Of a stretch of 11,308 nucleotides of DNA, positions 1 to 8,000 are shown piece by piece. The stretch spans positions 1-11,308 of the forward strand of contig JBHGNT010001168.1 of assembly GCA_043228905.1 (NCBI GenBank), written 5' to 3'. Positions within the stretch are counted from its first letter, which is position 1. Each line of letters begins with the position of its first letter. Made by a program: the position numbers and the translations under genes. The notes below the pieces were generated by a model that worked only from the letters and a program-made list of their open reading frames with translations, made no database searches and was not told the DNA's origin. This stretch comes from Azolla caroliniana (lineage: Eukaryota; Plantae; Polypodiophyta).

Positions 1-796
1 ACGGATGTTGGGATGGAGGTACACTCTACCGCGAGGGAGCACGACAAGCAAGGGAGAAGGGAGGAGTGCGTAACGGGGTCACTAAAGGACCGAAGAACGA
101 GCACGCATTCGGGGGACGACAACGACACACGGGAAGAGCCTACGGAAGGCAAGCGCGTGATGGAAGGAGTTGGCACAAGGTATTCGGGAGGAGACGGTCG
201 AACCGAAGGAGGGACACATGCGGTACGCGGTATGCGAAATTCGGCATGCGATCAGAGTGACCGGGGACCCGATCGGAGGACATATGCGGCGGACAAAGGA
301 GGGGTGATCGAATCAACAACGGGGTTTGGGAGGAACGATCGGGGAGGAAGGCGCGAACGTCAGATATGGCGAATCGGATGGAGCCGACGGTTCGGGGACG
401 TACGACAGATTGGGAGGCTATGGCGGTTCGTGTGGAAGGGACGAGCATGCTCGAAGTGGAAGACGAAGTCGGGCAAGGTCAACAAGGATGGCCACGGAGG
501 CGAGTTCCCAAAAGGATGACAGGTGCGGTCCGGAAGTCAACGGATCGGGGCTGGTAAGGAGCCGGCGAGATAGTCGGGTGCCGGTAAGGAGGAGGACCCG
601 GTTGATCACCATCACCGAAATCTCTCACCCTTTTCGTTTCTTGGAACATATCGGTGGATGTGTGGTTTGGTGGGGGTGGATGTCGTGAAGATTTCCGGCT
701 ATAGTGTGAAACCGGGGTGGAATAGGGCAAGTCGGTGGTGTGCAACATGTGCACATGTATAGTAGAAAATGGTGTATAGAATAAGGGGGGGGAATT

Positions 797-837
797 TATC
801 CCACATTGTAATGTCCCTCCCTCCTTGGGCTATAAAA
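797..837 (+). promoter_or_regulatory. LTR promoter module: TATCCCACAT motif plus TATA box
   Basis: TATCCCACAT at 797-806, then TATAAAA at 831-837. The same arrangement recurs in LTR B (TATCCCACAT 3205-3214, TATATAA 3241-3247). Confidence 0.5.
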
Positions 838-921
838 GGAAGGGAGGGGTCACTTGTGAAAGGGTTGCCTATTTTGAGGGAGAGAGGTATACCACTTAGG
901 TCGAGGGGTTCTATTCGGGTT

Positions 922-1000
922 TAGGGTTTCTTCTAGGGTTTCCTCTTGGGTTTCTTTTAGGGTTTCTATGCTTCTTTGCTTACTTATCGGGTTAGGGTTT
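922..1000. promoter_or_regulatory. Cluster of four telo-box motifs (TAGGGTTT / AAACCCTA) inside the LTR
   Basis: TAGGGTTT at 922, 934, 958 and 993, downstream of the TATA box. The telo-box is a known plant cis-element. Confidence 0.55.
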
Positions 1001-1270
1001 TCTTGTAGTCATTTTGGGTGCAGCCTATGCAGCCTTGGTTGTAATCTTTTGTGAACTCTTAATATAGCATGTTGATGTTTCTTGTCTTGTGGGTGTATCT
1101 TGCCTCCATCTATTCTATTCTATTCTATTCTATGTTAAAGTGTTATTCTTCCCCTTCTCCTCTTCAGTTAAGCTTCCATTTTGTGTCTTATTCCTTCTCC
1201 TCTACTCCCTAGTCCAAGACCCTCGTGGTCCTGCCTCGGATCCTACGTGTACTCACAGAATATCGCGACA

Positions 1271-2081
1271 AATGTGAAATCTCGAGTTTCAAGCGAGTTG
1301 CCACCAACAACGTCCAAAGGCGGGTCATCAATCTTCAAGAAAGGAAGACAACGTGGTCAGATTTTGAAAGAGAAATATTAATGGAGTTTGTGATGGAAGA
1401 TTTGTCAAGGATGACTAGACATGTCTTGATGAAGTGGATAGAAAAGAAAAATAAGAAGATGAGCGCCTCGAGGGTGTACGACGAGTTCGACCAGATGTTT
1501 AGTCGTTTCCCTACCACGGACCAAGTGCTACTTGAGGAGGACAAGATTTTGTACTTCTTGAAGGCTGTGGACATGAAGGATAGACGAGAGTTGGGGACTC
1601 TCCTCGAAGATGATACCCAAGCGAACAGGCTTGTGGCGGATTGGGTTTCGGTGAAGCAAGCATGCAACAAGATCGACAGGCGTCATCGATCGACAGGCGT
1701 CATCGATGGCTCAATGATATTTACTTGGTAAGACCAAACGTAGAAAAATCAAAACCATCTAAAGAAGTCGAGACGCCTAAACAACGCATCCAACATGAAA
1801 AGAAGATTGATGATGACTCGAGGACGATGATGGCCATTTCAAAGGAGGACAAATGTTTCGGAACATGCGTCGTGTTCAAAACAACGGATGATGGAGTAAG
1901 CCAAATCGAAGCTTGCATCAAAGGAGATAAAGAGTGTGAGGTCGACATGATAGATGATCTAGCCACTAAAATCGACATCGAGGAGGTGGCTATGAACAAG
2001 ACAACAAGCGTTGACAATGACGACGACCAAATTTTCTTCACACTTGTTCTAGAGACTTGGGCAATTGCGTCCGAGAACTGA
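1271..2081 (+). pseudogene. gag: Retrotransposon Gag-like protein, 5'-truncated and frameshifted
   Basis: TWSDFEREILMEFVMEDLSRMTR...EDKILYFLKAVDMKDRRELGTLLED...W resembles plant Ty3/gypsy Gag (family recall, not searched). ORFs 1225-1731 and 1641-2081 join in frame once the 17-bp duplication at 1671-1704 is removed. Confidence 0.65.
1671..1704 (+). repeat. Perfect 17-bp tandem duplication GATCGACAGGCGTCATC x2
   Basis: Copies at 1671-1687 and 1688-1704. This duplication causes the gag frameshift. Confidence 0.95.
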
Positions 2082-2507
2082 TGTAAGACCCAAGAGACGA
2101 GAGGTGATGGCGAAGAACCGATGGTCGAAACTAATACATGCGACAAAGAGAGAAGCATAATAAAGGATTGCTCAATAAAAAGGATCAATGGGTACGAGGC
2201 CCATGACTTTGAAGAGATAGCTATGGAAAATGACGTCAAAGCGAAGATGGTGAATGGCCATGAAGAGCCTTTCCCCGCACTAGTTCTAGAGACTTGGGCA
2301 TTAACCGATGTAAGACCTAAGAGACTGAAGCTGGCAGCGAGGAAGCAAAGGTCAATACTAATTCGAACAACTTTAAGATGGAAATGACTAAGTGCTGCAC
2401 TAAAAAGGTGGACGATGGAAATGTATGGGTCCCTCCACACTCGTTCTAGAGACTTGGGCATTAACCGATGTAAGACCCAAGAGAAGGATAGTGACGGGGA
2501 AGAACCA
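2041..2507 (+). repeat. Three dispersed direct repeats (GTTCTAGAGACTTGGGCA...GATGTAAGACCYAAGAGA)
   Basis: Identical 18-mer core at 2046, 2283 and 2443 (spacing 237 and 160 bp), with further downstream similarity. Confidence 0.9.
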
Positions 2508-2952
2508 AGGGTTAAAGTTGATGTGTGCAACAAAGAGTTTGAGCAAAATATGACAAGGGATGGCAATGGCCAAGCGAGCCATGAGGATCCGAAGGATGTG
2601 AGGAACATAGAGCATGGTCGCGTAAGGATCTCGAAGTGGGCATGCACTTAAAGGTACTACATGGGGTAGTTAATATCATTATTTAGATAAAGGCTTGGGG
2701 AGAAAAACATAAAACAAAAATGTGTGACGGGTCAAAGTGCCTTGAGCAAGGAGATGATCGGGAGAATGGTGGAACATCCATAAAGCTTGAACGGATATGC
2801 TCGAAAGAAGAACAAGGGACCATGACATCTTATTCGAGTGCAAAGAAATGGACATGCTCGATGTGGAGGAGTCATGTTGATCACCATTCCCGAAATCTCA
2901 CATTCTCTCTTCTTGGCACATACCAGAGGATGTGCGGTTTGGTGGGGGTGGA

Positions 2953-3310
2953 TGTCGTGAAGATTTTTGGCAATGGTGTGAAGATTGCGAGGAATGTCCA
3001 AAATCAAGTGTGGTTATTCACACAAGACATGAAACAATGATAGTGAAGATGCTATTTTATATTAGCTTAATATCTTGGTACGGGAAGATGGAGGTCTTCA
3101 AGAGATTCCGAATGTACTTTACTACATTTGAAACGGACAAATAAATGTCAAGTTATGCGAATATGAAGTTTGAGAAGAAGAAGAGAAAAACAAAAACTGT
3201 GAGATATCCCACATAGATAGGATAAGTCAGGCTCCCACTGTATATAAGCAGAGCCAGAAGTTATTAGTTCCTGTCTAAGTGTGGAGCATAGAATATTCTC
3301 GGGCTAAACT
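2953..3310 (+). repeat. Partial 3' LTR of element B
   Basis: Follows the PPT. The first 14 nt are identical to LTR A and similarity continues for ~30 nt. Shares the TATCCCACAT + TATA module. The 3' end was not found, so it is probably interrupted. Confidence 0.5.
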
Positions 3311-3338
3311 ATGGCTTAACTACTCATAATGGTTTTGG

Positions 3339-3500
3339 CGGAATCGAAATCGGAACCGGACGGCGATGGAGCCGGAACCGACATTGGCATCGGAACTGGA
3401 ATCGCAATGGACGGACGACGACAGAACCGGAACGGATAGACTAGATCATTGGGTCCGATGCGGACCAGATAGACGGATCGATCAGATAGGTTGATCGCAA
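3339..3500. repeat. GC-rich block with repeated CGGAACCGG-like motifs
   Basis: CGGAACCGG 3351, CGGAACCGA 3373, CGGAACTGG 3391, CAGAACCGGAACGG 3422. Composition changes abruptly relative to the flanks. Confidence 0.5.
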
Positions 3501-3574
3501 CGATATCGGTGTGAAACGAACAAAATATATAGACGAAAAAACCTAGTAAAAGTTTGTATACAAAGAGATGCAAG

Positions 3575-3632
3575 CAAGTCTTGAACCTTGCACCTCCAAC
3601 ATAGGAGGCAATAGACTTATCACTAAGCTAAG
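3575..3632 (-). other. Degenerate tRNA-like (Pol III A/B box) segment
   Basis: The minus strand reads TAGCTTAGTGATAAG...CCTCCtatgttGGAGG...GGTTCAAGAC: an A-box-like motif, a small stem-loop and a B-box-like motif. No acceptor stem. Confidence 0.25.
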
Positions 3633-3716
3633 TCATTTTCTTAGAAATGTTTTTCCTATCATTATACCTTTACATGCAAATTCTCATATTAGAGCTTGAT
3701 TGAGTGATATGGTTAT

Positions 3717-3790
3717 CATGCATCACATGCATTCCATGCATTCCATGCATTGTATGCATGTCTTGTACCCTCACATGCATCATATGCATG
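3717..3790. repeat. Short 9-bp-period CATGCAT(YC) repeat
   Basis: CATGCATCA CATGCATTC CATGCATTC CATGCATTG TATGCATG ... CATGCAT CATATGCATG. Confidence 0.8.
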
Positions 3791-4231
3791 GAGGCGTCTA
3801 TAAAACAGTGGTTGAAAAAGATCAATAGGGGAGCTAGGTATTTTATCAAGCAAGTTTTGTACTTAATATTAATCGTTTTGAAGAAAATTAATAATATTAA
3901 TGTGTTCTATATCAACAATTGATCTCTTCTATAAAGTCATGATTACTTAATCTATGTAGATGAGACTAAAACAAGGAGATGATAAGTCATTTATGATGCT
4001 AATAATTAGGTAATTAACTAAGGGTTAATTAGTATCTAATTATGTGAGTAGTTAATCACATATGTGATTAAGCAACGAAATATTATATGATATGTGTGTG
4101 AGAAAGAAACAAAAGAAAGAAAGAAAGATATATTAACATCTTGTAAGGCCAAAATTGGCCCATGAGACAATTGGTGTACAAAAAAATAGGGTATTTACCC
4201 AATCATCAAAAATAAAAATAAAAATAGAATT

Positions 4232-4820
4232 TCAGATAAAAGAGTTACAATATTGTACAAAACGTGTTATGGTGTCAAAGGGTTTCGATGTGGTTGTGAC
4301 CCGTGGTTCCGGTGTAGAATGTACCCCAACCATGGCTTCTAGACAGTGTAGTTCACGTTCCATTATTTTTTTAATTGCTTCTACACCACGTCAAGTTGCT
4401 TTGAAACCCGACATCCGAGGGCGTTTGGTTCTTCTTTGGGTTTTTGCTTCATCAAGGAAGAGGCCGAGTGGTGCAAGTGTGTCCATATTCGTCGTCTCCC
4501 CCTGTCCCTGTAAAACGTCATTTGTTACATGTTGGTGAATATTAGAAACATTATCGTCAACATTTTGTAGTTTATTCTCTCTATGTTGTTTTAGCTCTAA
4601 GATATGTTTTCCTAATTTCTTTCTATCTAGAGTATCTAATAGTTTGGGGAGGGTGGGAGAGGGACCGAGTATGTCTTGGTATTTTAACACGTTCGCGTTC
4701 ACAAGTGGAAGGATTGTGCATTCCACTTGTAGAATCTTCTTAAAACGAAGCAAATACACCCTCTCTACAAAAATTGGATGCACTAGTATCACATGTTCCT
4801 CAACTTGATGAGAATTTGCA
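4232..4820 (-). pseudogene. Unknown protein-coding remnant downstream of, and co-oriented with, the MTase
   Basis: The 133-aa ORF 4792-4391 ends at TGA, but the frame stays open for 52 more codons (RGVEAIKKIMERELHCLEAMVG...) to TGA 4234-4232, consistent with a CGA>TGA change. It includes a basic RRTKRPR NLS-like stretch. No family recognised. Confidence 0.4.
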
Positions 4821-5061
4821 AATATAAAAATACATGATAGATCTACGAGTGGAGATCATTAGAAATCATGCAAGTTTAGACATGTTGATAAGTTAATGTA
4901 GGCATAATAAAGTTCAACTATGGCTCAATATGTCACTACTGTGCGACAAGGGAAACAGTAACTTAAAGACTTATATTAATTAGGTAAGTTTTACAAAAAT
5001 ATCAGGTGTACTTGTATCCATACTAATAAAATGAGATATAATTTATACTTTGACCCATACG

Positions 5062-5338
5062 TGCATGTATGTAATTGTGGAAAATGTAGGATAATGCACA
5101 TTAGGATAAGTGATTGGAATAACTAACTTATTAAAGTATTCAATACTTGTATTTAAAGTTGATCTAATCTATTCCTCAGTTTGTTCATATGGGATCAAAC
5201 CATATGTTTATAATTGTGGACAATGTAAGGCAGTGAACTTTAGGATAATGTCGTGGAAATAACAAACCTATTAGGCTTTCATACCTGTATTTAAAATTGA
5301 TCTACTCTATTGCTTAGGTGATTCACACAAGATCAAAC
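5062..5338. repeat. Diverged tandem dimer, ~138-bp unit
   Basis: TAATTGTGGA at 5072 and 5211; GATCAAAC at 5193 and 5331; TTAGGATAA and TGTATTTAAARTTGATCTA occur in both units. Confidence 0.85.
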
Positions 5339-5731
5339 TCCAAACGATAACGCAACTGGAACCATTATCAACACACTACACAATCTTAGCAGCAATGGAA
5401 TAGAAACATAATAGTTTTAACAATAGAAGACAAAGATCCATAATAACAACATGGACAGTCATGGCAACAATTATAGGGCCATGTTCTGTTAAGGTTAGCT
5501 TGGACCAAAATCAGCCTCCATTTAAACTAGTTCATGTTTCTCCATAAGTTTGGTAGTCAGCTATGCACGCGGTGAAACCAATGTCATAAACCTACTAATC
5601 AAGTATATAAAAATAAAATTGAAACATATAGAAGATTATAAAGAATAGAATCCACTAGGTAAAACCCAAAATTTGTATTAATAATGTGAAATCTTAACAA
5701 ATCGTCAGTGTCATATTCTTCATAGAGTCTA

Positions 5732-6084
5732 TTACATAGCAATCAATTCATCAACGTCATTTTCTTCATCATCTTGTGTAGAACTGTCTTCGGCTATACG
5801 TGCATTGGTTTCCCCTGTTAGCCGAGCCAACGAAATATCTTCTATAAGCTCATCATCAAGCTCTATTAGCTCCCCCGGTTCACCAGCTAACGGAGGAATA
5901 GGCTCTCGCGAAGCAGGTTGAAACCTTTCTGTATTGGCGAGGTTCTTTGCACCGACCTCCTCATCCTGGTCTGGGCACTCCCACAAAGCCTTAATCCGCA
6001 TATTAATAAATATAACTTGGTCCTCATCCTTCTCCAATGCAACTGTATTTCTAAAAAGCTTCAATGCACATGCAGACGTAGTTC
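5732..6084 (-). pseudogene. MTase gene last exon (end of the SAM-binding region and acidic tail)
   Basis: Acceptor CATCACAG at 6085. GA ACT ACG TCT GCA TGT GCA runs in frame into ORF 6064-5732 (LKLFRNTVALEKDEDQV...). Confidence 0.88.
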
Positions 6085-6173
6085 CTGTGATGTAAGTAAC
6101 AAGAAGATTTAGTTGTCAAACGAAAAAAAAGGGATTGGTTATCTCAAGATCGTTACCCTAGTTCGAGGAATAC

Positions 6174-6465
6174 CTGTGCCAGAAAAGAGATCTAATATCA
6201 GTCTCCTTCGACAGAAAACATCTCGATGAAGCGCATCATAAGTCATTGAGGTTTTTGGTATGGGTTGACAAGTCCCCGTTCTGTCGTGGTGACATGTCGC
6301 AATTTTCGTGTCACTGCTGGATATACCAACAGATTTGAACCTCCCACTTCATTAGAATTCTCTTTGATTCTCTGTTTCTTAATTTCATCGAAGTAGCCAA
6401 CCGTTATGTATTCAATGGCATTAACGAACTGAAAAGTTGGCCCTCTATTTACATTGGTCTTGATC
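6174..6465 (-). pseudogene. MTase gene exon D (WIK...NPYQKP...DLFSGT)
   Basis: Acceptor TTTTTTATAG at 6466. Reads IKTNVNRGPTFQFVNAIEYITVGYF...LVNPYQKPQ*LMMRFIEMFSVEGD-fs-ILDLFSGT, then G|GTATTC donor at 6173. Not in the ORF track. Confidence 0.88.
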
Positions 6466-6553
6466 CTATAAAAAATAATACATCAAGTTAAGAATAGATT
6501 CAACAACCTTAAGAAATGCAATATAGTGAAAGACACCTATAAATAATCCTTAC

Positions 6554-7020
6554 CATGCAAGGTTCTCGATGCCATGGCAATGAGATCTCAAAGCTTGAGC
6601 TACCGAGTACCCTTAGTCCATACTATGAAAGACAACTATTCGCCACAAGGATGCGGTCGTTAGCTCAACAAAATCCTTGACCATCTTCTCCATTTGTTTA
6701 AACCTAAACGGTTCATCGTCGTATGATGACCCAGCCATTCGAAATCCGTAAGGAATATCCGCAATCATTAGCGTATATTCCTTCTTTGGCACCTTCTGGA
6801 TCAAGTCGATGACATCACCGCAAACCACATTGTAGTAAAGATCTCTCATAATATCTTTTTTGTGGCTAAATTTTTTAAAGGAGCCATCTTCCTCCATTTC
6901 GTACGCCTTGACTAAGCGACGATCCTTTTCTTTTCTGGCTCGCTCGAGATGTTCAAGGAAGGATGTAGGGAAATCTTGTATATCCTTAACTTCTCCTTGT
7001 TTCTTGCCTCGACACGGTTT
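6554..7020 (-). pseudogene. MTase gene exon C, with catalytic motif IV (DIPY, 6759-6748)
   Basis: In frame with ORF 6897-6613. Reading through the TAA gives GYSVAQALRSHCHGIENLA, then TG|GTAAGG donor at 6553. Confidence 0.88.
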
Positions 7021-7103
7021 CTAATAGAAGCAATAGGACATCAGGTATTATTATACAAGCTCTACATATGATGAAAGGGTAATGAAAAACCATCAATACT
7101 AAC

Positions 7104-7230
7104 CCAATCCTTCAATGCAATAAAATACTCTGATAACGCCTTATACGAAGACGTTAAAGGATAATCCTCGGTCACTTGTTCCCAAGTTATACATCCAAGT
7201 TGTTTCATCATAACTTCTTGGATCTTCATG
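7104..7230 (-). pseudogene. MTase gene exon B, 3' piece
   Basis: MKIQEVMMKQLGCITWEQVTEDYPLTSSYKALSEYFIALKDW|GTTAGT donor at 7103. The 83-bp intron ends CTATTAG at 7021. Confidence 0.8.
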
Positions 7231-7234
7231 TACA

Positions 7235-7271
7235 AACACCGGGACATTTGAAACAGGTAATATGTCGCATT
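7235..7271 (+). repeat. Left TIR AACACCGGGACATTTGAAACAGGTAATATGTCGCATT
   Basis: Reverse complement of 10938-10974 with 3 mismatches. Confidence 0.92.
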
Positions 7272-7544
7272 TTGAGAACTATCCATCAAAAAATGACACA
7301 AATTAGGGTGATTCACAAAAAGGGGTGCCGCATGCGTAAAGGAATTTTAAAAATGACCCAAAAATATATTGATTTTTAACATGTACGGAAATTTAGGTGT
7401 TCAAAAAAATGCCTAAATAATGGACATGCCAAACTTACAAATGAATGTCCAAAATGACTAACCCCAATATTTATAGAAATTCTGAATCCAAATCTTGATG
7501 TGCAATACAATATTTATAGTTAACGTATTAGGACAATCATTTTT

Positions 7545-7923
7545 CAAGTTTATGTCATCATCTTCATACCCATTAGATGAACTAGTACGAGTTTATGAGG
7601 TCTCATCCTCATCATCAATGGCAACTAATGCATTGTGTTGATCCAATTGCAATCCAACCTCATCGAGTTTATGAGTCATGCTTCTTGTTTGTCTTTGTGT
7701 TGTGTCTGAAGCCACATTCCAGATCCTCTTTTAGTATCTACATTGTGGTTTGTCACAGATAACTTGTTTTGGTCAAAGATAAGTCATACAGTAATATATA
7801 AACATTATCCAATGTAAGAGTAGATGTGCTTGATGCATCTTTCCTCCTCACTTTTTGGTTATGATACTTCATTATGTACTTTCCATTTACAAGATTAGAT
7901 TATGTGAGAGAAGCTTTCTACCA
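7545..7923 (-). pseudogene. Decayed coding remnant, possibly the C-terminus of the element's transposase
   Basis: One frame reads W*KASLT*SNLVNGKYIMKYHNQKVRRKDASSTSTLTLDNVYILLYDLSLTKTSYL*QTTM*ILKED. A shifted frame then gives RQTRSMTHKLDEVG...AIDDEDETS (acidic tail). The transposase assignment rests on recall and position only. Confidence 0.4.
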
Positions 7924-8000
7924 AAATCATTAGAATCTAAAAAATGTCTTAAAGATGTTTTCTATTTTTCTTAGATTCTCATAGTAAGCCTTTGATGCCG

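Larger units (their letters stand above)
1..1270 (+). mobile_element. 3' end of LTR retrotransposon A (3' internal region, PPT and 3' LTR), inserted into the gag of element B
   Basis: Purine-rich tract GGTGGGGGTGGA (669-680) directly followed by TGTCGTGA (681). The matching imperfect inverted end TCGCGACA finishes at 1270. 601-694 is a diverged direct copy of 2876-2966, the equivalent region of element B. Gag codons resume mid-protein right after 1270. Confidence 0.65.
681..1270 (+). repeat. LTR of element A (~590 bp, TG...CA)
   Basis: TGTCGTGA...TCGCGACA termini, preceded by a PPT. Contains TATAAAA at 831, telo-box motifs, AATATA at 1061 and a pyrimidine-rich U5-like tail with (CTATT)n at ~1109-1133. 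Confidence 0.65.
1271..3310 (+). mobile_element. Non-autonomous Ty3/gypsy-like LTR element B (gag remnant, repetitive spacer, PPT, partial 3' LTR; no pol)
   Basis: Gag-like coding region, then internal repeats, then PPT GGTGGGGGTGGA (2941-2952) and LTR start TGTCGTGAAGATTT (2953). No RT, RNase H or integrase motifs seen between gag and PPT. The right boundary is approximate because no matching CA end was found. Confidence 0.6.

Noticed and set aside
13-754. Overlapping ORFs in 1-754 as genes
   Set aside because: This is G-rich, stop-poor retroelement 3' sequence. The translations are Arg/Gly-rich with no domain motifs.
920-1000. Telomere or interstitial telomeric array
   Set aside because: The motifs are isolated and not tandem (TTTAGGG)n.
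1225-1270. Start of ORF 1225-1731 as the gag N-terminus
   Set aside because: These codons lie in the inferred LTR A end and are in frame by chance. The start is GTG and no PBS is present.
1721-2647. 308-aa minus-strand ORF as a real gene
   Set aside because: It is the Ser/Leu/Phe-rich antisense mirror of purine-rich, repetitive retroelement sequence, with no recognisable domain.
3575-3632. Functional tRNA gene
   Set aside because: There is no acceptor stem, the boxes are degenerate and the anticodon loop size is non-canonical.
4155-4538. 127-aa plus-strand ORF
   Set aside because: It is the antisense shadow of the more protein-like minus-strand frame and has a non-ATG start.
5732-7020. Bacterial restriction-modification operon or contamination
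   Set aside because: The MTase has spliceosomal GT-AG introns and sits among plant-type retroelements. No endonuclease gene is recognisable.
7231-7236. TA target duplication (Tc1/mariner)
   Set aside because: TA does not flank both TIRs symmetrically, and that reconstruction breaks the host frame. The 4-bp TACA model restores it.
7231-7316. Shared peptide NATYYLFQM in ORFs 7062-7316 and 10815-11033 as a protein motif
   Set aside because: It is simply the TIR translated at each end of the element.
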